NCBI GenBank assembly: GCA_040954595.2
Contig: CM082596.2
Location: 1 to 64,000 of the forward strand
Source of the DNA: Balanoglossus misakiensis
Taxonomy: Eukaryota > Animalia > Hemichordata
DNA: 64,000 nucleotides
Direction: 5' to 3'
In this document: positions 35,601 through 50,600 of the stretch, in pieces
Numbering within the stretch: the first letter of the stretch is position 1
Layout of the letters: every line of letters begins with the position of its first letter
Made by a program: the position numbers and the translations under genes
The notes under the pieces: model-generated
Told to the model about the DNA's origin: nothing
The model's database searches: none
Seen by the model: the letters and a program-made list of their open reading frames with translations, nothing else

Positions 35601-38600
35601 TTGAGGTGGTGCAAAAACAAGACAAATTACTGTGTGCACAGACATATTATGAAGCAACATTTGCCAGCTACATTCAACACACAAACACAATTAACACCTG
35701 TTTTGTGTTCTATACGGTTGCTTTAGAATATCTGGCACAAGAAAAATGCTACAATGGTTACAATTTGCAACTACCTACCTTAATGAGTTTGGATTGACAC
35801 CATTTAAGACCAATGTACCCATGGTTATGAGAAATTATGACTTACAACCAAAGAGGAAGACATCGGGGAGAAATGAACGTGGGTGTAAGATGTTAGAAAG
35901 AGAAAGAGGAGGACCAAAAGAAATATTACAGAAATAGTTTGAGAATGGAAATTGAGAGAATAGAAAAAGAGAATTGACCTCCATGCAATGCAGACATTTA
36001 ATGGGAGCACAGTCCCAAATAAAAAGAAAGCATACGCTAACATTAAATGTACTTCATATAAACAAAAATTATTGTCATTGCATTATGTATATGGGATGGT
36101 ACTGACCAGTTGGAAACAGGCCATATTGCTGGTTTTGACACAGATTCTGTTATCACACTTGCATTCTGTTTTTAACGTGGGTGCTTTTGCTTTTGTTAAA
36201 ACTGCACAGAGAAATATATGTGAGTGATTCAAAAATGTGATATGTCTGTTTTCCAACTGATCTACAGGTTGACAGTTTCTCACATCTCAAAATTTGGGAT
36301 GAATAAAAGTTGGTATTAAAAAGAAAATAGCAAAAACTCATTCACTGAACATGCAGATCCAGCATGCAAAATGGATAATGGAGGAAGAAACTTCAGCACA
36401 TGCTGTGAGTTCTGAAATTGTCATTTAAAAAACAAACTACAGATTTGAAGCAGTACTTGTCATGCAAAGCTGGGATTTGCAAACTGATAATATTAAATGA
36501 AAATAACAATTACTAAAGAGTTTCAGGTTAAAGTCTTCTTTCTACTGTCTGCCATCCCATAATATATCAGCCTTTCGGTCCTTCCATTTTCATACATAGC
36601 TGTCATTGATTGGCTATCAGTTGAAGAGCTCCTTCACATGACTTGATCTTCCATATCCATTTCACTCAGAGGCCTCTTTGGATGTGTTCAGATAATCACA
36701 CTGAAAATACTACTGCACAACTTATGCACATAATGCACAGATGACAGATGAAGGTTTTATGGAATTTTATTATTTCTGTTCTGAGACAGACAATTTTTGC
36801 AAAGGCAAGTTCAGTGCTGCCTGAATTTTTTTTTGATAAACTAACAATTTTAAATAGTTAATTAGTTTTCCAGCAATATCTTGAATCATCAGTACTTTTC
36901 CCCAAAACATCGTGAGTTTTGCATTTCCATTTCGTAAACATGGATGATCATTTTTAAATACATATTTTTAATTGTACATGTGAAATCACAGCACCATTTA
37001 AAACTACATTTTAAGTTGAAATGACAGCTTCCATGGTGCATGTTGATTTTTTTCTTTTTAATATTTTTTTGTTCGAATTTCATGACCATGTAGGCCTGTC
37101 AAGCTATCAAGTGAAACTTTTTTTGGCCGTGCAAAGTTTGTTGTGTCTCTCAGATCGCCAGTCATGAAAGATGTCACTTCTCAGCATGTTATCTGCCATC
37201 CTTGAACTCAGAAGAAAAAATGAACAAAAATATCTTGATAATTGAATATATACAATGAGAAATGTTGGGAACCCCAATCATGGAGCATAAGGATGGCAGA
37301 ATACTTTAAATACACAATATCTAATCCGGGATGATCTGACAGAAATTTACCATATTCGCATACCCCTTTTCTGTGCTAAACAGTGGTATGGCCTAAAATA
37401 TTTGAATGTCTGTGGACAGTAATATTTTACCTTGAGAGGGTGGAAAAAAGACGAGTGTTCAGCAATCAAAGACCATGGTTTGCCTTATTTCTGTATTTTA
37501 GAAATTGAATATATTCTTCTTTATCTTTGATGCAAATTTGGCGCGTAGCATGACACACACACACACACACAAAATACATAAACTTACAACAAAACTGTTT
37601 GTAAGAAATAGATCCTCTTGATTGTATGCAGTGATTTCTTCATACTGCTGTTGAAAGTCTCAACTAAATGTTGACAATTACAGGATACATGCAGCAACCA
37701 CAATCAAACTCCTCATTTTTATATTGTCAAAACATGACGATTTAGTTTTCTGCTGTACAAACATCAACTACTCCTACAATGCAAATATTATTTCAAACAA
37801 TTGCATTTGTCAGAACCTTATACCCCTAATTCCAAGTAAAATGGTATTATCTAATACATGGAAAATACAGTTTTAGTACAGAGAACAGGATAACCATTTG
37901 ACAGATAGTTGTTTTGAAAGAGAATCACAACAGAGGTTGGTACAAATTTCCTTCAATGTGAGTTGTACAAGTCTCCTTTGTGGGTAACCAGTTGATCCTC
38001 TCGTGAACATACATTTCTGTGTTTTCTACACATGTGTGTTGATGACAGTTTAACAAAGCCCTTCAAACAAGACAATGATCATTTTACAATTCAAACATTT
38101 CAAACCAACTTCACTTTTGCTGTAAAATTAATATAAAATTGCACAAAAATGTCTCAGCATGAGTGATCAAAAACGACACAACTATCACATAGTCTTAGTT
38201 GAAGGGTTCACACCAGTTGATGTGGAGAACTGTGCCACTAAAAGACATTTCAGTACTTCCCATACAAATTTAATGAACAGAAGTGTTTTAGTTTTGAACA
38301 AGGCAGAATTTTCTGTTCCCCTTTTGTCTGGGGACAGAGGTATGTTATGTTTGACATAGGACACAAATCAAGAGACTCATCATCTACGAATACTTAATGT
38401 AAACAATTCATTGGGTACTACAATTACGACACTCCAGGTCTATTTTGCAGGTATACAGCACCTGTGTTGAAGATAGAGATTGTCACTTTCTTGTTAGGAG
38501 CCATTGCTCTTTGTCACAAGGCACACAAAACACATGTACATGTGCATTCACACACACATACAAACACACACATCCCAACCCACACAATACAAGACCATGG

Positions 38601-41600
38601 CCATTTCTGATTGTCTTTGCATGGAGGTCAGTTGGAAAGAGATAGTATCATGTTAATAAAAGAGACAAAGAATGTGTGATTATGAAGACAATGACAGTGG
38701 ACACAAATAGTCTATTTGAATAGCACAGGTACAGACATGGCATTGGTTAGTCTGACACTCAGTTATCAGCTGTGCAGAAAATAGCAAAAATATTTACAGC
38801 ACTTCAGCGCTATTATCATTCAATTATATATTCAGTCTCCTTGAAAAACACAATATTAAATTCAGTTTTTTTCTTGTTTAAAGTTCTTACTTAAGAGTGC
38901 TGTTCATTTCGCCATCAAGTGGGACGTTTTCTTTTTCATGTCCAAGAACATATCCAGGGATCCATCCTTCGGCAGCTGGTGAGTCCTGATTGGCTGGTCT
39001 GTGCACTAAGTACATGCTATGTTGATTCGCTGCCAATATTTGTACAGTTTCACCCTTGAGCACAGTGATTTCATCTTCTTTGATGGCAGAATAGCTCATG
39101 ATAACACGGACGTATGTGGCATTGGGTTCACCCTGCAAAATAGACATGCATATATAATATAAATAGGCTTTATATTTGGTCTGTGTGTGTGTGTGTTGGC
39201 AATCATGCATTGAGTTGTCGGGCAGTCTCTTGACAAGATACTTCAAAAGAGTATTTTCACAGAAACTATACAATGCCATCAGGCTACATATTATTGATAG
39301 CTCTCAGAAATAGCCATGAAAAATATACTAAAATCTCGGTCCCCTGATAGTCCAAGCATGACAGAATGTTCCTTCTAGTAATGACTATTGCTTGCCTGTG
39401 TTGCTATACTCACTGTAGTGATATCTTCTTGTTCTGTACTGGAAGTGGATGTGTAACTGAGTCTATTTTCAAATGATGCACTGCTATGTCTCTTGACATC
39501 GTCATGTTCATGAGTCCTTATCCTCACTGGTGACGATTCAATCGAACTTCTTCCTGTTGGCTTTGGTGAGGAATCCCGTGGCACTGGCGATGGACATGGG
39601 CTCTCATTTTTAGGTTTCCTAAAGGACTGCATAATTCCATCAAAAAATTTCCTTTTAACAGTCGGTGAACTTGATGTTTTCTCCATTTGCAATGAGTTCT
39701 TTCTCACTTCACTACCTACTTTCAGTTTATCACTTCTACCAACTTTTTGATCCTCTGATGGCACAGACTTGCGTCCTTCTGCAAACTTTTTCCCCGAACC
39801 TGATGGTGGCAAAACTCCACTGTCTTTCAGTTCACTTATTGTAATTCCGGCTGGCATTGTCTGGTGCCGCCTGTGTTCCTTTTGTTTGTCCAGCTTACCA
39901 GTCCTTGCCGGTGATCCCTTTTTGTGCTGTTTTTTAGTTGCTCCTGATGAATGTGATTCTGTTTTCCTCAAGGCCCCAGTCTGTGTTGCAGGATGGGATT
40001 GTGACCTTGAATGTGACACCTGGGGCATTTCCAATCTGGAATAACATCAAAAACAACATCAATACATTTTTTGTACACTCTTCATACGCTGGAACAAGAA
40101 CAGTTTGCTTATGAGTGTAGAAATCGGTAAGTGGGAACACACACACACACACATGCACATACAAGTTATAAATTTTCCCATTTTTACCTAAATACACCAA
40201 TCACTTATACTCTGACATATTTCCGACTGCCAGACAACACCTTTGTGTATTCGATCAATCAATGAAGTGTACATAGCACCAAAATCCAAAACAATTGTTT
40301 TGCTCTATGACATGCAATTTGTTAAACCCCGGTGCGGGGTATAAAAGACCCCCCAAATCAGTGGCGAATCTTAATGCCGTTTGACTGACAACAGACAACA
40401 CCAACGATCTTGGCTCTATGAAAATCGACCCAAACAGGTCCAAGCATAAAGAATTACACCACACAACGACAGTAGTTGGCATTATAAACACACACAACAT
40501 AAAGTTATCGACGAAAAAGTACACGAGCTTTTGAAACAACGATGATTTTGGCAGAAATCTGGTTTGAGTGCTTTTCAGAAGCGTCCCTGGGAAACAATAA
40601 CCACGCCTTTCAAACAGCTGTCAATCGCGTAAAGTGTTCAATTATTTTCTATGTACATGAGATCAATTACACAGTCATTATGCACGACGACCACTCCCAA
40701 ATAAACAACTATACAAACACACTTTGGAACAGTATTTTTGAAACAGTGCGACGTTTCGATCCGACTACAACGGAGCTTGATCACGCAATGGTGTTAATTA
40801 TTCAGCGTTGATGTCTCAGCAACAGGCGGAATAATATGTCCGTAAATAGATGGTAGTTGGTATCCTTGGTCTCTGTTCATGATTGGCCTCCGTTGTTTGA
40901 TATAGATGGATTCTTTCACTTTTCGTTTCAACCAGTCCTGTTCCCTGGCTAGAACCTTGGTATTACGCCAGGAAACACTATGGCCGGTGGCGTTGCAGTG
41001 CTCCCCAATTCCAGTAGTCTTTTCCTTGTTGGTGTGTTCTTTGAAACGGACGCATAGTGGACGTTTGGACTCGCCGATGTATGCGTGACTACTGTCCTAG
41101 TCACAGGTGATGTGGTATATAGTACCACAAAGTTGTTCCTTGGGTGTTTTGTCCTTAGAGTGCACCAGGATGTTGCGCATGGTATTACTAGGCTGGTGGT
41201 ACATGTTGACGCCATATAACCGGAATACCCTGTGAAGTTGTTCTAATTAACACCATTGCGTGATCAAGCTCCGTTGTAGTCGGATTGAAACGTCGCACTG
41301 TTTCAAAAATACTGTTCCAAAGTGACTATATTTCACAATCTACTTCGATTCTTGGAACCATGAACAATATATTTTCCATACAAACACACGTTAATCCGAA
41401 CCCTGGTACTTTCCGCACCGGAGTTTAAACCAAACAGTATGCTCTGGTGAACACTAGGGTTTTTAGTTTTCTTTTGAAGATTCTAAATTTGTAGATTCAA
41501 TAATGTCAAGTGATAACACATTCCACCGTTTAGTATACAGTATATTTCACATACACACACAGAACCTTACCCAAGTCCCCAGCTGTTCCTACTTCCGCCT

Positions 41601-44600
41601 TCAAGTTCTTTCTGATATTCTATGGGTGACTGCAGGGCTATGGGTAAAAAGTGCAAGAAATATATGCTATGCACTCTTTAGTTGAAAAAAAATTAAGTAC
41701 ATTGCAAGACAGTTTGTTTTTATCTAAATCCACCTGAATACAAAATTGCATTACCAAATCTTATCATGGCATTCTTGAAGGCAATAGGTAGTGATGGCTG
41801 TCATTTCAGTAACTATCATGGTGATATTTTCATATTTCATGATGTTATCAAATAATGACTTCAAGTAGCAAGAAGTCACCTACCCCTACTAGAAGCAACT
41901 TTGTCAGTACATGCAGTTGACACGCAGTTAAATCAACACTAATTCATTGCTAATTGTAACACACGTCATCCGCAGACTGTGTTCTCATTCGTCAATTACT
42001 AGTCACGTGGTGTGCAATCTTTATGTGCTGTTGCCCGCCGGGCATCAGTTCCGAAAAATGATGCCCACTCACTTTGTGTATGGTGAGTTCTTATGCATGG
42101 CTACGGATGATGGGTGTGTTACAAAACACATATTTACTGGCTTTTCGGGCAACAGCATACATATCTTACCCTTCGAGACTGTGAGTCACCCGCCAAAACA
42201 GACTGTTTCACTCGGCCTTCGGCCCTGGGAAACAGTCTGTTTTGAGGGGTGACTCACAATCTCTTGGGTTACAGACGTATGCTGTTGCCCTCATGGCCAG
42301 TCAATATGTGTATACTGTCCTCCTACCTCTGAGAAAATTCTGCTGTTTATCTAGGAGTTCCCCAACTTCTTTTAACCATTGTTGTTTGCTCTCTTCAGAC
42401 ACACATTGCACAACAAATGTTTCTGAACCGTTCTTTGTGCGTGCTGTAAGACGAAATTTAAGTGGGTCTTCTTTGATGTCCTGAAGAGACATAGTGTTCA
42501 CCTACAACACAAAAGAACACAACACAATTTAACACATGTTAGCTGACCAGGTAAAATTCACCGTTGCCCACCATTGTCCTGTACATCCCCTGATTCACTA
42601 AAACATTGCTGTCTCCTCTTGCTACAAACATGGGGATGCAAGCATACTTGATCATGCATAAAATGTAAACAAAGTAGTTGTGCACAGCTAAATGGTGTTC
42701 AAGAAAGGGGAAGTTTTATCAATTCGCTATATTTAACTTCGTTTTAATTCATTATAGTCCCTGTCTCATGGGGACTAAATATAATCAGCTATTCAAAGAA
42801 AATATTTTAAACATTTTGAAAGTGGTAAAAAGTCTTGTGTGTCAATATTACAAAGTCTACATCTGGTGTAATCTTACCTTGGCACTGTTTTTATAAACAA
42901 AGCCTGGATGGTACATAGAACCTTTCTTCTTCTCCAGCTCCTCACTAAATAATATCATCTGTTCAAACAAGAAAACTCGTCTCTCTTTGCCTCTGAAGTG
43001 TTGAAGGCTGGCAATACCCTCTGACACCAGAAGAGTATCTTGCCGTAGAAGTTTTCCCTGGGCAGTTATTTTACCCTTTAACAAAGGAAAATTAGAGCTC
43101 AGTTGAATGATTGATCAATTTGTTGCTGTGTTCAAAACTCATGACATTTGGTAAATAAATCAAAGTAGGTTTTAACATACACTACAAAATTAACCAAACT
43201 GGTTCTAAGCAGCTGATTTCAGAACCACTTTGAGAACACCACTTAATTTTGACATAAAAAAGTAGATTTCATTTCATGGGGTTGTAAGTTGCTGATTTCA
43301 GTGGTAGACTTACTTCCTTGTGTGTGTGTGCGTGTGTGCATGCGTGCGTGCATGCATGCGTGTATGTGTGCAAGTGTGCGTATGTGTACAGATTCATCTT
43401 GAAGAGAACTTACATCCCAGCCTTGCAATCTCCCTAAGGCCATCATATCATTGGCCCGCTTGGGTACAATACACATGATGTCCATTGCTTTCTCCATATC
43501 TTTAGTGTCCACTCCCATCTTTATACTCTGCTTCAAAAAGTCCTGAAACATAGAACATTTTCAAAATTCAACTGTTGGAGATTCCACACTGGCCCAAGCT
43601 GTATCAACATTTCTAAAACTTCAATCTATCACAAAGTGTGCATTTTGTCTTTTCACTATTGTCTGGACCATTTCCATCGTCTTTCATGCAGGACACAGCT
43701 ACATAACATACATCAGATATGTTAACAAACTTGAATAAGTTGTATTCCCTGGTGCTAATTTTGTTTTAACAGAAACATTTCTTTGTTACTTACCTTTATT
43801 AAAAGCTGATATTTCATGATTCTTTGTACAGGTTTGATTAAAAGGTCCGATAATGCTAACTTGTGTCCTAGCTTGAGTTTTAAATCCTGACAACAGAAAA
43901 AATACAATTGTAACTATGTACCACAACAGTACCACATTTTATCTGTTTATTTTCCACCTAGAACTTGATTACAATAACAACAACAAAATTTACTCACATC
44001 AAAGAAAGATTCATATTCTGAAGTAATATATTCTGACTTTGGTTTGTTTTGGCAGTAAACAACATACATTTGAAGTCGCCTCTCCTGCAAAGGAAAGAAT
44101 GCAAAAGGTTCAACTTTATTTAACCACCATCCATGCTAAGTAACACTAACCTGTTCACATGACGACAATATATGATGCAGTTTCTGACAATTTAAATATA
44201 ATGATATCATCACTAATGGGGATAGGTGTTTAAAAATTAAATACTGCAATTTCATTAAATGTAAATTTATTTTTAAGGTATATAATAATCAATATCTTCT
44301 TGTATAGGTAAAAAAAGATGAAGGGATTATATAATGAGAACAATATAGCAATATAACTTACATATTTGAGGAATATACGGGCCAACTTCTCAGGATTTTC
44401 TAAACATCCTGCAATTTCCTTTGACAGTGTCCTACAATGAAGAGTAAACCATTGTGTCATAATTTTCATAAAGCAAAATCACATGACATGATGTCATCTA
44501 TAAACCGAAGACATTTTCTGATGTCCATATTATATGCAACTGGGAGCTAAAAAAAACTTACTCTTTATGCCAATCATAAATCTGGTGTATGTTACCAAAC

Positions 44601-47600
44601 ACCATTTTATCTCTACCATCTTCTAGACCAGGCGGCAATGGATCCTCCTTCATCTTCTTCATGTAACCCTGAAAATTTCAACAAACTAACATGTTTGACT
44701 ACTTTCTATTTAGGCAAATATTTATCATACAGAACTGGTTAGAAACTAGCAAGGTAATCTTATAAATCTGACCTCAAATTAAGGTCAGACATTAAAAGTA
44801 CGTTGACATTTTTTGGTTTTTGTCTTCTTTTCTCAACATCTGCATTGAAGTCTACTTGGAGGATTAGTAAGTGTGTGTTAAACTTACTTCAACAACTTTA
44901 CCAAGATCAGCCACGTAATCTGTCTCTGTTTCAACTAATTCATGTAAAATAAACCTGAAAGATGAGGAGTACAGACGACCATAGGTCAGCAAAAGGTGAA
45001 CATTGTAAGCAAAATCTTCTGACATGGAGGATTACATTGTTGTCAACGGTGTGTAGTATGTAGTCTTGCTGTTAACGTATATTCTTGAAAAAAAATTGTG
45101 GACTAAAAAGTCCATGCCAGATGATGTCAAAAATCGCAACAAAATCTAACATAAAGTTGGATTTCAGTCATGAATGGTCAGCAGCAATTTGCTACGGTAG
45201 AACAGATCAATTACAGAATGTAATGTAGACATTTAACCGTACACTTAATATATATCAATATCATGAAAAGGGACAGTCAACTGTGGCGATGTGATATCAA
45301 AAAATCACTGATAACACAGTGAATGTACTGAAACAGAATAATTCAAATGACATTTTCAAGCTAGAACTAGAATTTCCTATAAAACACTGCATAATTTAAA
45401 CTTCCTCAAAAACATACTTTCTCTTGACTTCTGCATCTTTTTTCTTCTTTTCAGCGGCATCTTCTGCATCTTCTTCTGTTGCCTCTGGTGGTCCCTCCAG
45501 TTGTTCTGTTGGTGGTTCCTCCTTCCCGTTTTCTTTCACTTCTTCAGCTGCTTCAGTTTCCTGCTTTTCAATCTCAACTGGATTCTCGAGACATACCTCT
45601 TCTGTGTTTTCTACATTTGCTGTGGCTCCTTCTTGCTTTTCATCATGTTCTGTACTTTCTTCCTGGAGTGCAGACAGCAAAAAGATGCATCTAATTTTGT
45701 ATGGAAATCTTGTTCATTCAAGAAGAATTTTAAGAAGACTGAACCAGGAACTGTGGTTGATAGACAACTAATTGACTTTTCAATGAATGCAAGTCTGATG
45801 TTCAGATCCCACCTATCAATATCAAACCTGTCTCTGAGTTTTTTTCATGGCAATCTACAGCATTGACTACCCTAGGGTATACTTCTATAAATGAAGATCT
45901 TGACCAACCATTCTCACTAATCAAACATGTCTTGACTTCTGAATCTCATTTACCACACTTCGAAGTGGTTAGATTCCAATGGGATAAAATGTATCTTTGA
46001 AGTTAATTTTCTCACATTTGTCAAGACACAAAAAGTAAAAGAATTGTTGATGAAATACTGTGATAAAGCCAACATTCCATTCTGACATGATCACTGCAAA
46101 AGTGTGCATATACACACATATACATATCTATATACACACACACACACACACACACACAGATAAGACATTTTCAACAATGTACAGAAAGAAGATATTGCCA
46201 ATTGTGAAGGACAAAGAAATAGTTTTGTGTAAAAACAATGGTAAGAAACTTCTCTCAGGTTTTCTTTACTACAAAAAAAAAGATTTACACTATTACACTG
46301 TGTTGATAATATTTATAGTATTATCTAGATGTAGTAGTACAAGATAATATTTCTATATTGTACAATTGATAAAGTCATGCTTGAAGTATGATTATAATAC
46401 ACATGCTATAAATGCTGTATCACTTTCATGCAATAAGTATGATATAACATGCACATAGTAAGCTACGGATAGTATGAGTTCAATATGAAATGATGCCATG
46501 ACCATGCAGATTTTAAAGGGTAAGTATTCTTGCCATTCCATCTTTGAGTTTAAAGGTCATGTAAGTTCTCTGTCAAAAACAAATGATTAGTGATAAAATC
46601 TGACACAAACATTACTTTTATTCTGAGACAATTTCCTGTCTTGTACATGATGTCTTGCATTATTTTTCTTTCGACTTTAATCAATTACCCTGTTTCCAGA
46701 GAGAATTTTTTTTTGTGACATTAATCTGGTTACTTGTATTTCATGTGGTAAGTTAATAATATGTTATTCTGCGAAATAAGACTTAATGTTCACACATTGC
46801 TTGTTTGTATTACACAAGAGTTCTATATTTCAAAATCATTGTGTCAAAAGACTTCATATTAAGTTTTAATTGACATGAAGTATTAGTACATATTATAGAC
46901 ACACATTCAGTTAATTTCATTGAGCAGGAGTGAAATAACTTATCACCTGATGAAAATGACTAAAATAATATTGAAAGGTAGCGACTTCATCCTTAATTTC
47001 CAAGAAGAGTTAACAGGAATATTTGTGTTAAAGAACTTTAAAATGAATTTGGAGGAGTACTGGTAAACGGTGACATGGCACATTCATTAGTGGTAAAGGG
47101 AAAAGATGATGCATGAAGGAATACATCCTTCATCAAGTACATGCAGCTAATAAATCCCTACCGATAGAGACAAAATGGGATTATGTAAATGAAATGGTCT
47201 ATAGAGCATGCTCAGTGGACACATACCATTCTCTGCCTGACTATTTGTTCAATCTCAGTTGCCAAGTCTGTGGAGCTTTCCAAATTGGAGTCACTTGATT
47301 TGACAGAAAGCATGGACTGCGTACAAGTATCAGTTACAGGAGAGAGGTTGGGGTTGCAAAAGGGAGGAAAAATTAATGAAATTTAGCATGTCAGCAAAAT
47401 TTATGAATGAAATATTGAAACAAAATGAAGGAGTACAAATATGTGATAGTAGGTGAAACAATGGAATATGGGAAAGGGTTAAAGTATATACAAATGTGCA
47501 GGGTTTTTTTTGTAACACATAGTTGTGGTGAGTCTAATATAAAGTGTATACTATATTCTTAAGGTAGAAAAATGATATTGCCAACAATGTCTATCAGTTT

Positions 47601-50600
47601 TAGACTGATGAATCTGAGAGCCAGAGATGTTGCAAAAACAATCTATTTTCCTATATTTGTTGAACTTGTTCACACGTGACAGTTGTTTGACAGAATCACG
47701 TCAATTAAGACTTTTCACTTAAAAATGCTAGTCTGTTGTGAATAAGTATCTGTGATTATGAAAATGAGAAAATTCTACCTAACATCATCATGTAATGACA
47801 AATGCTTTAGCTGCCTCTCAAAATAATTTTGACCATTTACCACCACACACTGAAAACTAATTACCGGTAGATTTTGTTCTGTGATAAAGTATTAAAATTC
47901 TACAGGAAATTAATGCTCACAAGTCGGTTGGCGTCTTTGTTGCCTTCTTCCTGTGGTAGCTGCTGTGTAAATTGTAAACTCTGTATTTCCATGGGTGGAG
48001 GCAATGGTGTTTCTGTCTCGTAACCGTCTTCTTCCTCCCCGTTCTGATCTGGGACTTTTTCTGCAGCTATTTCCGGGGAGAGGTCTTCATGACTACTGGA
48101 AACTCTTTCCTGTAGAAATTGAAAGAAAAGAAGGTTGGAGAAGATTTCATGGTAGAGCGATTCACATTCTTATGACTTTATAACCTGGTCTCTGGTACAC
48201 CTTCACAGTAGAACACCATGTGTAAAAAGGAGAAGCAACAGCATGCTGATGTGCTGGAGCCTTCTGTTTATTATCAGGATGGATTCTTGATTATTACAAT
48301 GGTGGGGAATCTTGCAATAGAAATGAGTTTAACCGTGTCAGGGTGAAGTATACTCAGAGGGGCATAAAATGATTTAAGCAATCATTCAGAAATGTACATG
48401 TCCCAATGGTACATTTCCCTTGCATTAATAATGTTTTGTTCATGTATTATAAGCAATTACATTAAATGAAGCAGGAATGTAAAAATGACAAACATAAAGT
48501 TTTCAATTGAAATGTGTATACAGAGGGTTTCATGGTAATTTTACACTTTCATACGTTATTAAATCTAAAATCCGTGATGATTAAATCATGTTGTCTTTTG
48601 AGCAGTAGTTTCCAATCTGTGTGATTTACTGCTCCTGATTTTCATAGAATGAATGCAAATACAGTATTTCATGTGTTGAGTGGGAACAATGGTTTCACTA
48701 AAGAGGTGTCTTTGATTTCTGTCTATGATTTTTATTTGAATCCTTAAAGAGATGTATCAAAACATGTTTAGTATCATTAACTTGTCATTTTGATATTAAA
48801 AACAAGCAATTTCCCTGAGTACTATTACAAGTATGTCTAATATCCACATTGCTAGACATACAATAGGTAAATTTATTATATTGCTGCATCTTGGAAAAAT
48901 ATAAGTGGGGACATTGAACGGTTCACAAATAATCATTCCAGTATGTGTTAGATGATTAAATGCATGAAAATTGCTTTTTGGTTGTCTTATAAATCTATTG
49001 AGGAAATCCTACCCAATGCATACAATGTAATTGGAGAAATGCTATAACGAATACTGCATACAGAGATTTGTCCAATTTTCTGTTTTCAATTTTCTTGTCA
49101 CTATTTTCATAATTGGAATCATAGTTGCCCAAGGTCTTTGTTGTTACTTTTTTATGTCAAAACATCTGAGGGTATAATTAAGTATATCAATTTCAATTAT
49201 GCTTCTACTAAAAAATCAGAATGGAGGTACTACAGAAGGTAGTCCACCTTCGCGTTTTAATTGTCTTTCTATAACAAACAGTCAATATTGAATAGAATTA
49301 TTTTCATTTACCTTTTCCTGTTAAAACAGTGTCAAGGACACTGTAATCATTTCATCAGATTTGATATATTCTCTGTGCCAGATATACTCCATCAATGATA
49401 TTTTGGTCCAATACTGATTAATTTTAAATGCAAACCCAATCTACAAGAATGCCTTCACATTCATTATATATGTGCATACATCCTGACATAATCTGATGGG
49501 AACATCCCATTCAAAGCTATTGGGTTCCACATTTTGAAGGGGGGAAAAAGATTTTTTGAGCAAATTGACCAAAAAAATAATAATTTTATAGTTTTCCTCA
49601 AATCTGCAGAACATCACCATGAGGCCATCAAAGGGACTCAGCAAACCAAATCTTAATGGAATTGGGAGAGTTTTCCAAGGATATTTCTTTCCATCCAAAA
49701 ATATCTATATCAAAACCGGGTAACATAGGCTTTCAACATCAACATATCTTCCATTGTTAACAAGATGTCGCGTTCAGAGTGCATGAAAAAAAGGAACACT
49801 TTGTATGAAACAGTAACTTTTCAGAATTTGAAGCACACACCCATGTGAACCTCACAAGCAATAATAAGTATCATGCAATCTAACTTCAGCATGGTTTGTT
49901 AAAAATACAAAGTATATCTTATTCAATTACCCGACAAGTGTTTCTGAATTAGTACAGATCATGCTTAAATGAAATATGGGCATATTACATTTGCAATAAT
50001 TAAGTAACAAATCTGCATAACATTTTATGGCCAATACATATACTTTCTATTAGGTTTGTTAAAAATACAAAGTATATTTTATTCACTTACCCGACAAGTG
50101 TTTCTGAATTAGTACAGATCATGCTTAAATGAAATATGGGCATATTACATTTGCAATAATTAAGTAACAAATCTGCATAACGTTTTATGGCCAATACATA
50201 TATTTTCTATTATTTGTTCAAATAATTACAACATATAAATTCCATATGAAGACGGCAGCGGGCACCCAAACCTCAAAATCTGTACATTAACTCCAAAATG
50301 CTCTTTTGGTTTGCTAATTTTTTGCACAGGCAAGTGAATAGCTGCATTTGCATAGCCATGGATGTCATTTTACCCTTTCACCCCCAGTTACCTCTTTAGC
50401 GGTCCAACCTTACCATAGAAAACAATGGGTTTAGACTGAACCAAGCTGGTGAAAGGGTTAAACATTATTTGCTCATGGAATTAGCCTCCAAACTAATTCT
50501 GTACATAGACAAATTTCACTGGGCGATAGTCCTTTTTTAATCAAACTCTAGACAGAATATGCATACAGGAAACAATGGCCAGGAATCTGGGCATATTTAA

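Larger units (their letters stand above)
40326..41424. mobile_element. TTAA-flanked non-autonomous DNA element hosting a Penelope-like insertion
   Basis: TTAA-ACCCCGGTGCGG ... CCGCACCGGAGT-TTAA. Confidence 0.65.

Noticed and set aside
36540-37500. Acceptor/donor-like pairs at ~36701 and ~37431-37490
   Set aside because: Stops occur within a few codons in the required phase and there is no family similarity.
40949-41215. 88-aa minus-strand ORF MASTCTT...
   Set aside because: Off-frame shadow of the Penelope GIY-YIG frame, which is interrupted by a stop.
45424-45866. Plus-strand Ser/Phe-rich ORFs
   Set aside because: Antisense of the Glu-rich Trio exon.
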